This document shows positions 39,937 through 48,969 of a stretch of 64,000 bases of DNA, one piece after another. The DNA comes from an uncultured Oscillospiraceae bacterium (GTDB lineage Bacteria; Bacillota; Clostridia; Oscillospirales; Oscillospiraceae). The stretch is taken from NCBI GenBank assembly GCA_910577915.1, contig CAJTOM010000001.1, positions 41,110 through 105,109 of the forward strand, given 5' to 3'. A program made the position numbers and the translations under genes. How positions within the stretch are numbered: the first letter of the stretch is position 1; each line of letters opens with the position of its first letter. The notes under the pieces are model-generated. The model was not told where the DNA came from. It saw only the letters and a list, made by a program, of their open reading frames with translations, and did no database searches.

Positions 39937-41475
39937 CTATTCGCTCAGGCGCACCGTCCAGCGGTCCATCCGGTAGAAGGTGCTGGAGGCGGTGGGGGTC
40001 AGGTTTCCGGCCACGCCGGGGTGGGTGAGAACGGCGTCATTTTTGAAGCAGATGGGGGCGATGGGGCAGACCTCCTGGAGGTGGGCCAGCAGCTGCCGGG
40101 CGGCGGCGGGCCGGTTGTCCGCCGTCAGGAAGTTCTCAAGGAGCAGATCCGTGTAGGAGGCGGTGTAGCCGCCGTAGTTCAGCGCCCCGCCGGTGCCGGT
40201 CAGGTCCCGCAGGTCCCAGTCGGCGGTGAGCCGGACCTCGCCGTAGTAGAGGTCAAACTCCCCCGCCGCCAGGGCGGCCAGATAGTCCTCCCAGGGCAGC
40301 TGGCGCACGGTGATGTGCCAGTCCAGCAGGGAGAGGTGCTCCGCGATGAACTGAGCGCTGGTCAGCCGGAAGCGGTCCTCCTCGTTGACCAGCAGCACCA
40401 GCTCCCGCGTCTCTCCGGTGTCCTGCCCCGCCGCCCGGAGGGCGGCCAGGGTCTCGTCCCTGTCGTACTCCCGCACCAGGTCCGCCGGGTACAGGGGGGA
40501 GAGAGGGGAGACCGGGAAGGAGGCCGCCAGGGCCAGCCCCGCCTGCTGGGCGCTGACCAGGGTGTCCCTGGGGATGCCCTGGCTGAAAGCGGCGCGCAGG
40601 GCGGGGCTGGCAAAGAGGGCGCCCTCGCCGGTGTTGAAGCCGATGAACTGGAGAATAGGGGTGGGCCGGGCGGTGGACTGGAGCTGCCCGGTGACCGAGG
40701 AGAGGTCGTCGGTGGGGTCCACCGTCAGCAGCTGGACCCGCTTGGAGGAAAAGAGATACTTGGCGGTGTCCCGGTCCTTGGCGTGGACCAGGGGGATAAC
40801 GGACACCGGCATGGCCCGCCCCTGCCACCAGCTCTCGTTGGCGATCAGGGAGCCGCCGTCCTCGGAGAGGCGGTAAGGCCCTGTCCCCACGGGGGCGGTG
40901 AGGGCCTCCGTGCCGCTCTTCACGATGGGGATGTCCAGCAGGGCCGGAAGGCCCCGGTTGGGGGCGGTGAGGGTGATGCGCACCCGGCCGGACCGGTCGG
41001 CGGCCACGGCGGCCACGCCCCGCAGGCGGTAGGCGTACCGCTCTGAGACCATGGCCCGGCGGAGGGTGGCCGCCACGTCCGCCGCAGTAAGGGGGGAGCC
41101 GTCGTGGAAGGCGGCCTCCTGCCGCAGGGTGAGGGTACAGACCAGCCCGGTCTCGTCCCACTCATAGCTCTCGCACAGCAGGGGGATGGGCTGGAAGCTC
41201 TCGTCCAGCTGGAACAGGGGCTCGAAGAGCAGGGAGGACACATCCTCCTGCATCCCCTGGCCGCAGTCAATGGGATCCAGGGTCTGGCCCCGGTGGCAGG
41301 CCAGGGAGAAGGCGGCGGGGTACTCCGGGCCGGAGGGCTCCTCCGCCTCCTCCGCCAGCGCCGGGGGCTGGTAGTCCTCCCAGATCCCGGCGCCGGGGTC
41401 CTCCCCCGGCTCCCCGGCGGCGCAGCCTGCCAGCAGCAGCACCGCCGCCAGAGCCAGCCGCACCAGCCGCCTCAC
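39937..41475 (-). CDS. Family-5 (peptide/nickel-type) ABC substrate-binding lipoprotein, with no transporter genes adjacent
   Basis: GTG at 41475 (GGAGG 7 nt upstream) gives VRRLVRLALAAVLLLAGC, a lipobox. An SBP_bac_5-like body follows. The track's 58-codon extension overlaps pgeF. Confidence 0.75.
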   Translation of the reverse strand: MRRLVRLALAAVLLLAGCAAGEPGEDPGAGIWEDYQPPALAEEAEEPSGPEYPAAFSLACHRGQTLDPIDCGQGMQEDVSSLLFEPLFQLDESFQPIPLLCESYEWDETGLVCTLTLRQEAAFHDGSPLTAADVAATLRRAMVSERYAYRLRGVAAVAADRSGRVRITLTAPNRGLPALLDIPIVKSGTEALTAPVGTGPYRLSEDGGSLIANESWWQGRAMPVSVIPLVHAKDRDTAKYLFSSKRVQLLTVDPTDDLSSVTGQLQSTARPTPILQFIGFNTGEGALFASPALRAAFSQGIPRDTLVSAQQAGLALAASFPVSPLSPLYPADLVREYDRDETLAALRAAGQDTGETRELVLLVNEEDRFRLTSAQFIAEHLSLLDWHITVRQLPWEDYLAALAAGEFDLYYGEVRLTADWDLRDLTGTGGALNYGGYTASYTDLLLENFLTADNRPAAARQLLAHLQEVCPIAPICFKNDAVLTHPGVAGNLTPTASSTFYRMDRWTVRLSE

Positions 41476-42287
41476 CGTACCGCCTCCAAGCTGATGAGGG
41501 CCCCCTGGACCCCCCGCCGGTCCCCGGTGACCCGATGGCTCCAGTAGAGGTCCGTGGTACAGGCGGTGCAGGTGGGGCACACGTCCAGCTGCCGGACCCC
41601 GGCCTCCCGGAGCCGCCAGGCGTTGACGCCCTTCAGGTCCACCGTCCATTTCTCCCCCCTGGGGGTGATATAGGGCGCTACCCCGGAGCCAAAGGCGGCG
41701 CGCATGGCGTCGGGCACGTCGTCGTGGGTCTCAAAGCAGCACGGCCCGATACCGGCCCCGATGGCAACCCGGATGTCCTCCGGCCGGGCCCCGAAGAGGC
41801 GGCCCATCTCCCCCACCGTTTTGGCGGGGAGATCCAGGGCGGTACCCCGCCATCCGGCGTGGACCGCCCCCACGGACCTGGTCACCGGGTCATGGAGCAG
41901 CAGGATGATGCAGTCCGCCGAAAAGACCATCAGGCTCAGCCCCGGCTCGCCCGTTACCAGGGCGTCGGCGGTATAGTCCACAGGGACTGTAAAGCCCTTT
42001 CCCCTGTCAGCCCCGGTGACACGGCGAACCGTAGCCTCGTGGACCTGCTTTGAGCACACCAGCCCCGCGGGGTCCGCCCCCAAGGCGGCGCACAGGCGGC
42101 GGTAGTTCTCCCGGACGTTCTCCCTGTCGTCGGGCGCGGGGCCGCCGCCCCGGAGATTCATAAAGGCAAACACCCCCCGGCTGACGCCCCCCAGGCGAGT
42201 GGAGAAGCCGTGGAGCAGGCCGGGGGCCTCCAGCAGAGAGGAGGTGTGGTAGACCACGCCGTCGTGGTTGTGAGCGAGAAAGGACAT
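41472..42287 (-). CDS. pgeF: Peptidoglycan editing factor PgeF (YfiH/DUF152 laccase-domain protein)
   Basis: From the ATG at 42287 (AGGAGG RBS): HGFSTRLGGVS, SADCIILLLHD, VHAGWRG, CCFE, C..C...LYWSHR. The stop overlaps the SBP GTG (GTGA). Confidence 0.85.
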   Translation of the reverse strand: MSFLAHNHDGVVYHTSSLLEAPGLLHGFSTRLGGVSRGVFAFMNLRGGGPAPDDRENVRENYRRLCAALGADPAGLVCSKQVHEATVRRVTGADRGKGFTVPVDYTADALVTGEPGLSLMVFSADCIILLLHDPVTRSVGAVHAGWRGTALDLPAKTVGEMGRLFGARPEDIRVAIGAGIGPCCFETHDDVPDAMRAAFGSGVAPYITPRGEKWTVDLKGVNAWRLREAGVRQLDVCPTCTACTTDLYWSHRVTGDRRGVQGALISLEAVR

Positions 42288-42426
42288 GAGCGCCTCCTGT
42301 TGGACAGAATCATCCCCCGGCGGTAGGTCCCGCCGGAGGACGTGGGGCGGCAGGTCGAATCCTGCCGGTATATACAAGGGATTGTATAACAAATAGTATG
42401 CGGACTGTGCCCGCAGGCATACCAGC

Positions 42427-43233
42427 TCAGGCCTCCTCCGCCGCAGGAGCCTTGGGGTCCGGTTTCTCCTCCTCCGGCAGGGGGACGGGGTGCTCCCGGC
42501 TCAGAAACAGGAACACGGACAGCACCAGGGCGCAGCCCAAAAACAGGGGGGCCTTCGCCCAGTCGCCGCCCACCCCGTCGGCAGCGGCGGCCAGGCAGAA
42601 CATCACCGACAGATTGCCCACGAAGGTGAAGGTGCGCAGATTCCCCTCCTGCCGCAAAAAAGCGGCCAGCAGGGAGAAGGCAGCGGCGGCCATGGCGGCG
42701 GCCAGCACGGGGATATAGAACCGGGAGAGCACCGGGTCGCTCTCCTCGGGCAGATAGACGGCCAGCACGAAGAATACAGAGAAGAACATGGCGGGCAGCA
42801 GGGGGAACACCGTCAGCGTATCCCCGCGCCGGACCTGACGGGTCAGCAGGATGAATCCGCCCCCGGCGGCCACCGCCAGTCCCCCCGCCGCCATGGCGGC
42901 CACCCCCCGCACCGGCAGGGCGCTCAGCAGGAGCAGTACGCCCCCCGCCGCCAGCAGCATTCCGCCGGCAGCCATCACCGGAACGGACTTCACCGGCGGG
43001 TCAAAGGCCCCGGCGAAATCGGTGCGCACCCCGGGCACCGTAAAGAAGCAGACCAGGAACTGACCAACGGCGCACACCGCCGCATAGTGGGCCAGCAAGC
43101 TGCCCCACAGCGTGGGGATGGCCAGGCCGGTGGCGGGATCAAATCCCACCCGCAGCTGAACCAGCCGCAGGGCGAAAAAAACCAGCCCCAGAATCCACAG
43201 GTAGCCCACCTTGCTCCAAAAGCGCTTGTTCAT
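42427..43233 (-). CDS. Hypothetical polytopic membrane protein
   Basis: 268 aa from the ATG at 43233. About 7 hydrophobic segments and an acidic/Pro-rich C-terminal tail. No recognisable family. Confidence 0.55.
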   Translation of the reverse strand: MNKRFWSKVGYLWILGLVFFALRLVQLRVGFDPATGLAIPTLWGSLLAHYAAVCAVGQFLVCFFTVPGVRTDFAGAFDPPVKSVPVMAAGGMLLAAGGVLLLLSALPVRGVAAMAAGGLAVAAGGGFILLTRQVRRGDTLTVFPLLPAMFFSVFFVLAVYLPEESDPVLSRFYIPVLAAAMAAAAFSLLAAFLRQEGNLRTFTFVGNLSVMFCLAAAADGVGGDWAKAPLFLGCALVLSVFLFLSREHPVPLPEEEKPDPKAPAAEEA

Positions 43234-43307
43234 CCTATATCGACATCCTTTCCCAGAACGATTTGCTGTTCGGACAACAGTATACCACGTCCCACCGGAT
43301 TTGTCAT

Positions 43308-43336
43308 TCATTTTTTGGACAAGCGGGGCATAAGCT
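43308..43336 (+). promoter_or_regulatory. Possible sigma-E-type (mother cell) promoter of spoIID
   Basis: TCATTTT - 14 nt - CATAAGCT, compared with the consensus TCATATT - N14 - CATACAAT. The geometry would favour the ATG at 43362 as the true start. Confidence 0.25.
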
Positions 43337-43349
43337 GTGGGGAAAGGGG

Positions 43350-44393
43350 ATGGCTGTACCAATGGGAAAACATATCGGAGTGTCGCTGCTGCTGCTGTTT
43401 CTGCTCTTTTTCCTGCCCTGGCTGTGGGGCGAGCCCTCCCCGGCGGAGGAGGAGCCGCCTGCCCCGCCGCCGCCGGCCTCGGACGCCGCCCCCCTCCCGG
43501 AGGAGGAGCCCGGCGGCGAGCCGGGAATGGACCGGAGCCGGCGCCTGAACGTGCTGGTGGGGGGCAAGCTCCAGCAGATGGATATGGCCGGCTATCTTAT
43601 GGGAGTGGTGCGGGCGGAGATGCCCGCCTCCTTCCACCTGGAGGCACTGAAATCCCAGGCGGTGGCGGCCCGGACCTACACCCTCCACAAGATGGAAAAC
43701 GGGGGCAGCGCCAACCACCCGGAGGCGGACGCCTGCGACGACATCACCTGCTGCCAGGCCTATAAGAGCGCCCAGGATGCGGCGGCGGAGTGGGGGGAGA
43801 AGGCATCGGAGAACGAGGAGAAGATCCGCCGGGCGGTGGAGGAGACCGACGGCCAGTGCGCCCTCTACGAGGGGCGGCCGGTGCTGGCGGTGTTCCACTC
43901 CTCCTCGGCGGGGACCACCCAGGACGCCGCCGCAGTGTGGAGCGGCTCCCTGCCCTATCTCCAGAGCGTGGAGACGCCGGAGAGCGAGGAGACGGTGCCC
44001 AACTACCGCTCCACCGCCTCCTTCCAGGCCGGGGAGCTGAAGGACCGGCTCCAGGCGGCCCTGCCGGAGGCGGCGCTGGGGGGGAGCCCCTCCAACTGGT
44101 TCACCAACATCCAGCAGCAGCCCGGCGGCACGGTCACCGCCCTGACGGTAGGCGGCGTGGAGGTGGGCGGCAACCAGCTGCGGACCATCCTGGATCTGCG
44201 CAGCGCCTGCTTCACCATCGCCTTCGAGGGGGACACGGTGACCTTCTCCGTCACCGGCTATGGCCACGGCGTGGGCATGAGCCAGTACGGAGCCAACGTG
44301 CTGGCCCAGGGGGGGATGGACTACCGGGAGATTCTCAGCTGGTACTACACCGGGGCCAGCGTGGAGCCCTACGGGGATGCCGCCGGCGACTGA
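43350..44393 (+). CDS. spoIID: Stage II sporulation protein D (lytic transglycosylase)
   Basis: Signal/TM segment, Pro/Glu-rich linker, then AVAARTYTL, AVFHSSSAGTT and GHGVGMSQYGA blocks. Alternative start at 43362. Confidence 0.88.
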   Translation: MAVPMGKHIGVSLLLLFLLFFLPWLWGEPSPAEEEPPAPPPPASDAAPLPEEEPGGEPGMDRSRRLNVLVGGKLQQMDMAGYLMGVVRAEMPASFHLEALKSQAVAARTYTLHKMENGGSANHPEADACDDITCCQAYKSAQDAAAEWGEKASENEEKIRRAVEETDGQCALYEGRPVLAVFHSSSAGTTQDAAAVWSGSLPYLQSVETPESEETVPNYRSTASFQAGELKDRLQAALPEAALGGSPSNWFTNIQQQPGGTVTALTVGGVEVGGNQLRTILDLRSACFTIAFEGDTVTFSVTGYGHGVGMSQYGANVLAQGGMDYREILSWYYTGASVEPYGDAAGD

Positions 44394-44517
44394 CCGGGCA
44401 CACCGTTTTTGACTGCCGGCCTGGTCAGGCCCCGCCCCTGTCTCCATCCAAGACGCAGCTGCCGAAGCGGGAGAAAAATCTCCGCCTGCATAACAGATCC
44501 GTAATGGGGATCTCCTA

Positions 44518-44739
44518 TTACCATTCCCGCTGAATATCTTCTTCCTTAACCTGATATTGGGCCAGGAAATCTTCCAGGTCACCGCTGTTTCGGATCAGCA
44601 TCAGGTCATCAAATTTTCCGCTGACCGGATCCTTGAAGCCCGCCACCTGTTCCCCGGTACAGATGCTGGAGCGGATCACGGGAATTTTCCCCGCTTTATG
44701 ATATGGCTGTACCACTGACTTTTTTCGTTTACCGAACAT
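44518..44739 (-). CDS. Conserved small hypothetical protein (73 aa)
   Basis: MFGKRKKSVVQPYHKAGKIPVIRSSICTGEQVAGFKDPVSGKFDDLMLIRN... with an AGGAGAGG RBS. I recall similar small proteins in Clostridia, but the function is unknown. Confidence 0.55.
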   Translation of the reverse strand: MFGKRKKSVVQPYHKAGKIPVIRSSICTGEQVAGFKDPVSGKFDDLMLIRNSGDLEDFLAQYQVKEEDIQREW

Positions 44740-44772
44740 GGCGACCTCTCCTGATAAAGTTTGTACCATTTT

Positions 44773-45330
44773 TCATTCAATAGCGCTCTCTACATATCCA
44801 TTTTTCAGGACCTCCCGCCGGATATAGGCGATGGTCCGCGCCTCCCCCTCGTCCCGCAGCATCAGCAGCAGCCGCTCCAGCAGGGCCTGGGTGTTGGGGT
44901 GGATGATGTAGTGGTCCAGGCTCCGGGCGTAGTACTCCCAGGGGGAGGCATCGGTGTACGTATCCCCCTGGTAGGTCTGGCAGGCGGCAATCCGGTCGCA
45001 GAACATCTCCACCACATACCGCGCCGGCATCTCCATGCCGCCCATGTGGTGGGGGGGCTGGGGGGTGTAGTCAATCCAGTACTCCAGGTGGTGCTTGTTG
45101 CGCCCCTTGTGGTGGAGCCAGGCGGAGGAATAGCCCCGGTCCTGGCGCTCAGCCTCGTTGGGGCTGTGGTCCCCCTGGTAGTAGCGGACCCCCACCGGAA
45201 ACTCGGCGGGGCCGTACTTGCTCAGGTCGTGGAGCAGCCCCTGACGGTACAGCCCCACCCGGAAACAGTATTTCATCACCCGCAGTTTGTGGATGGTAAT
45301 GGTTGTCAAATGGCCCCAGAATCTGGACAT
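44773..45330 (-). CDS. DUF5662-like conserved hypothetical protein
   Basis: 185 aa. HDLSKYGPAEF, YYQGDHSPNEAER, WLHHKGRNKHHLEYW, EMFCDRIAA. His-rich, possibly metal-dependent. Confidence 0.55.
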   Translation of the reverse strand: MSRFWGHLTTITIHKLRVMKYCFRVGLYRQGLLHDLSKYGPAEFPVGVRYYQGDHSPNEAERQDRGYSSAWLHHKGRNKHHLEYWIDYTPQPPHHMGGMEMPARYVVEMFCDRIAACQTYQGDTYTDASPWEYYARSLDHYIIHPNTQALLERLLLMLRDEGEARTIAYIRREVLKNGYVESAIE

Positions 45331-45346
45331 GGTCCCGCCTCCTCAT

Positions 45347-45823
45347 TTACTTGATTCGCTTGATCACAATCGCCCCCGCCGCGCCCACAACGGCTCCGGC
45401 CAGCACGCCGGATACCAGCAGCGCCGGCAAATACCAGAGGGCCCCCCGGCCCAGCACCGCCGCCGCCACCAGAATCTGGCCCAGGTTGTGGCCCACGCCG
45501 CCGGCGACGCTGACCCCCAGTATGGAGAATGTCCCCGCCCGCTTCAGCAGGAGCATCAGGGCCAGGCTCGCCGCCGCCCCCGCCAGGGAGTAGGCCAGGG
45601 AGTAGGCGTTCCCGAAGGTCATGGACACCAGCAGCACCCGTGCCAGGGAGACGGCCGCCGCCGGGCGAGGCCCCATGCGGTACAGGGCGAAGAGGACCAC
45701 CAGGTTGGTCAGCCCCAGCTTCATCCCCGGCAGGGCCGCCGGCAGGGGAAACAGGCTCTCCAGCCAGGACAGGACCATGGCCAGCGCCACAAGGAGCCCA
45801 TAGCGGGCCGCCGATCTGCTCAT
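45347..45823 (-). CDS. Gx transporter family membrane protein
   Basis: 158 aa, 4-5 TM segments, GMKLGLTNLVVL and GGVGHNLGQ blocks. Paired with a NusG-domain-II gene, as is typical. Confidence 0.65.
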   Translation of the reverse strand: MSRSAARYGLLVALAMVLSWLESLFPLPAALPGMKLGLTNLVVLFALYRMGPRPAAAVSLARVLLVSMTFGNAYSLAYSLAGAAASLALMLLLKRAGTFSILGVSVAGGVGHNLGQILVAAAVLGRGALWYLPALLVSGVLAGAVVGAAGAIVIKRIK

Positions 45824-45835
45824 GCCGCCGCCCCC

Positions 45836-46201
45836 TTACCGCACCGCCGCGTCGAAGGCGGGGTCAGCGCCCCCCTCGATGCGCACCGACAGCCGGTGGG
45901 GCAGGCACAAAATGCTCTCGCCCGCCCGGGAGACGGCCCCGGTGCCGACGCAGGTGCGGTCCCCGCAATTGGCCTCGGTCACCGCCGCAGCCCCGCGGGA
46001 GATGGTGAGCACGTTGTAGCGGTCTGTCCCGATGGTGACCGTCAGGTCCTGGGAGAGGGGGTAGCGGGCGGTCTCCACGCCGTCCACCGCTACCACCGCC
46101 CAGGCCCCGGCTTCGCCGGAGCGGAGCAGCAGGGACAGCAGTCCCGCCAGCAGCAGCACGCCCCCCGCCAGCAGCAGGTCGAACCGGTATTTTTTGATCA
46201 T
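45836..46201 (-). CDS. NusG domain II-containing (DUF1312) protein
   Basis: 121 aa. N-terminal TM segment, EANCGDRTCV and ILCLPHRLSVRIEG motifs. Confidence 0.65.
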   Translation of the reverse strand: MIKKYRFDLLLAGGVLLLAGLLSLLLRSGEAGAWAVVAVDGVETARYPLSQDLTVTIGTDRYNVLTISRGAAAVTEANCGDRTCVGTGAVSRAGESILCLPHRLSVRIEGGADPAFDAAVR

Positions 46202-46284
46202 GGCGCTTCCCTCCCGTGTCTCTCGTATGATTTTGGCGGCTCTGGGCAGAGTAAAGGCATCCTGCGATGACGAGGAGGCCCCCT

Positions 46285-46842
46285 ATGCGCTCTGACGCCG
46301 CCCTTCCCCGGCAGCGGGCCCTGGAAAGGCAGCTGCTGCTATTTTTTCTCTTCTCCGCCGCAGGCTGGGTGTGGGAGGTGGCCCTGGGTGTCGTGACCAC
46401 CGGGCAAGTGATCAACCGGGGCTTTCTCCGGGGGCCGTGGCTGCCGGTGTACGGCGTGGGCGGCGTGCTGCTGCTGGGCCTGCTGAAGGACCTGCGGGGC
46501 CGCCCGGCGCTCCTGATCCCCGCCGGCGCGCTGGTGGGCGGCGCGGTAGAGTACAGCGCCGCCCTGCTGCTGGAGGGGCTGTTCCGCCGGCGGTGGTGGG
46601 ACTACACCGGCTGGGCCGGGAGCCTGGAGGGCCGGGTGTGCCTGGCCAGCGCGGTGGCCTTCGGCCTGGCGGGGTGGCTGGTGGTGGAGCGGGCGGGGCC
46701 CGCCCTGGAGCGGTATCTGGCCCGTCTGCCCGCCGGGGCGCGGCGGACCTGCTGCCGGTGCCTGAGCGCCCTGTTCGCTCTGGACTGGACGGCGGCCCTT
46801 CTCATCCCCCACACCGGGCCGGGGATCACGTTCCCGCTGTAG
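46285..46842 (+). CDS. Putative ABC-transporter type IV family membrane protein (CmpB/DUF1113-like)
   Basis: WVWEVALG...GFLRGPWLPVYGVGG...WWDYTGW pattern. ATG at 46285 with a GAGGAGG RBS is preferred to 46267. Confidence 0.55.
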   Translation: MRSDAALPRQRALERQLLLFFLFSAAGWVWEVALGVVTTGQVINRGFLRGPWLPVYGVGGVLLLGLLKDLRGRPALLIPAGALVGGAVEYSAALLLEGLFRRRWWDYTGWAGSLEGRVCLASAVAFGLAGWLVVERAGPALERYLARLPAGARRTCCRCLSALFALDWTAALLIPHTGPGITFPL

Positions 46843-46971
46843 CTGCGTCTATCATACCACCAGGTATGGGTGGTCCGTCAAGAGAGAATTTCTCCGGCGG
46901 CAGATTTTGACGGGAGATGCCGGAGACAAAAAAGGCCGCGCCGGGCAAGCTCGCCAGCACAGATACAGAAA

Positions 46972-47004
46972 ACGCCAGGGACACTCATCGTCCCTGGTGT
47001 TTTT
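46972..47004 (+). terminator. Intrinsic terminator, 130 nt downstream of the preceding gene
   Basis: 11-bp stem ACGCCAGGGAC / GTCCCTGGTGT (one G-U) with a 7-nt loop, followed by TTTTT. Confidence 0.7.
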
Positions 47005-47074
47005 GCCGTTACTGCCGGTCCCGCAGGGGTCGTATCGGTCATAGGGTACTACGAGAAAAATGAAAAATGCTCTA

Positions 47075-47103
47075 TTGTCAAACGGAGCAAAGTAGTATAT
47101 AAT
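47075..47103 (+). promoter_or_regulatory. Strong sigma-A promoter of the TetR gene
   Basis: TTGTCA - 17 nt - TATAAT. Confidence 0.65.
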
Positions 47104-47141
47104 CCCTCTGTAAATGAAATGGGTGACAGGGGAAGCGGTTA

Positions 47142-47777
47142 TTGCGGGGGGAAGTGATTACTCTGGATGACACCAAAACGCGAATCATTCTTGCGGCAAT
47201 CAGGGCCGTGCGGCAGTACGGCCTTGAGGGGGTACGCATCCAGAATGTCAGTGAACTGGCAGGCGTTTCGTCAGGGGCCATTTACCGCCACTTCGACGGC
47301 AAGGATCAACTGCTGGTAGAGTGCTTCACCTATGTGGACAAACAGGCGGCGGCGATTTTTGAGCACTTGAAGTTCCATCCTCTGGCAATGCTTACGGATC
47401 CCATGGGAGCGATAAAGGGACTGTGGCTGCCCTATTTTCGCTTTTGGACGTCCCACCCGGATGAAACCGTTTTTTATCATCGTTTCCGGGACAGCGCATT
47501 TTTCCCCAAGTACGACAAGAGCCGGGATGTGACCTATTTCAAGACATTTATTGGAATGGTTCACGCTTTCAAAAAGGTATTTCCAAGACTGGATCGGATC
47601 AATCAGGATTTGTTGTGGCTCCATGTCCTCACATCTACTGTTATGTACGCAAAATATGTGGTAGAGGGAACATTGCCAAACAGTCAGGAAACCGAGGACA
47701 CCGTGTTTCAGTTGCTGACCACCGGGCTGAGCGGCTATTTGAAACCAGATAAAACCCCCAAATCAGGGCGAACATAA
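47142..47777 (+). CDS. TetR/AcrR-family transcriptional regulator
   Basis: TKTRIILAAIRAVRQYGLEGVRIQNVSELAGVSSGAIYRHF is a TetR HTH. TTG start (AGGGGAAG RBS); the GTG at 47154 is an alternative. GC content is visibly lower than in the flanks. Confidence 0.85.
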   Translation: MRGEVITLDDTKTRIILAAIRAVRQYGLEGVRIQNVSELAGVSSGAIYRHFDGKDQLLVECFTYVDKQAAAIFEHLKFHPLAMLTDPMGAIKGLWLPYFRFWTSHPDETVFYHRFRDSAFFPKYDKSRDVTYFKTFIGMVHAFKKVFPRLDRINQDLLWLHVLTSTVMYAKYVVEGTLPNSQETEDTVFQLLTTGLSGYLKPDKTPKSGRT

Positions 47778-48006
47778 AAATGTACCGCTGAAAAGCGGCT
47801 CATTTTTGAACGTCCGGTAATGAACATTCACTTACTTTGGAACAACCTCCTTTTTACAGAAGAGGCTGTGACTGTATGGGAAGAACATCTGGCCGATACC
47901 CGGGAAAAAGATTCGTCCCGGTTGGCGGATATTGGGGGTCATTCCAACATTACAAAAATGAAATTGCTAGTAGATCCTTTAAGTAAACATAGTGAGGGAT
48001 ACGCTT

Positions 48007-48942
48007 ATGGAAAAAATATTGATTGTGGACGACAGCATTGTGCAAGCAGCCCAATTAAAAGCAATTCTGGAGGACGAGTACGATATTACCGTCGCTCAGA
48101 GGGCGGAGGACGGGCTGCGCTGGGCGCGTGACGGAAACTTTTCGCTCATTCTGCTGGATGTCGTGATGCCGGGAATGGACGGGTTTACGCTCCTGAAAAA
48201 GTTACAGGAGGAAATCATTACCCAAAGCGTCCCGGTTATATTGATTACCAGCTTGTCTGGCGTGGCAGACGAGCAGCATGGGCTGATTTTGGGCGCGGTC
48301 GACTATATCACGAAGCCGTTTAACCCCCTGATCGTGAGGGCGAGGGTCAACACGCACGTCAAGCTGTACCGCTATCGCAGGCAGATCGAGCAGCAATCCA
48401 TGACCGACCAGCTCACAGGAATCGCTAACCGGCGCAGGTATGAGGAGTACAGCGTCACAAAGTGGAGCGAGGCAATCCGGCTGCACGTCCCCATCTCCAT
48501 CTGTATGTTTGACATCGACCGCTTCAAAATGTACAATGATATTTTTGGCCATCCCGCCGGAGATAAGGTGATTGCCGCCGTAGCGCAGACGGCCGCGTCC
48601 CACCTGCAGCGCAGCACGGATTTTCTGGCCCGCTACGGTGGCGAGGAATTTGTGGCGCTGGTGATGGGCGACCCCTCCGAGCAGATATTCGGACATTTGC
48701 AGAAAATCCGCCGCGCGGTGGAAAACCTGCACATTTCCCATGACCCGTCCGTGTCTCAGTGGGTCACAGTCAGTATCGGAGGGGTCACCGTGATCCCTGA
48801 GCCGGGGAACGGCTACGACTTTTACTTAAAAATTGCGGACACCATGCTGTATGACGCAAAGAAAAACGGCCGGAACAGGGTCGTTTGGGCCGATGAAAAG
48901 CTGAAACAGCTATGGGAGAAACGATCATCCAATCAGCATTGA
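48007..48942 (+). CDS. Response-regulator receiver plus GGDEF diguanylate cyclase (PleD/WspR-like)
   Basis: REC domain: IVDDS, LILLDVVMPGMDG, ITKPF. GGDEF domain: DQLTGIANRR, an intact GGEEF active site, and an RSTD I-site (RxxD) five residues upstream. Confidence 0.9.
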   Translation: MEKILIVDDSIVQAAQLKAILEDEYDITVAQRAEDGLRWARDGNFSLILLDVVMPGMDGFTLLKKLQEEIITQSVPVILITSLSGVADEQHGLILGAVDYITKPFNPLIVRARVNTHVKLYRYRRQIEQQSMTDQLTGIANRRRYEEYSVTKWSEAIRLHVPISICMFDIDRFKMYNDIFGHPAGDKVIAAVAQTAASHLQRSTDFLARYGGEEFVALVMGDPSEQIFGHLQKIRRAVENLHISHDPSVSQWVTVSIGGVTVIPEPGNGYDFYLKIADTMLYDAKKNGRNRVVWADEKLKQLWEKRSSNQH

Positions 48943-48969
48943 GAAATTAGGATACCAGGGAGGTATATT

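Noticed and set aside
47820-48131. 103-aa + ORF in the TetR-cyclase intergenic region
   Set aside because: It has no RBS, overlaps the REC domain start out of frame, and its second half is frame-shadow sequence. The first 60 codons show no family features. I treat the region as the 5' UTR/promoter of the cyclase gene.
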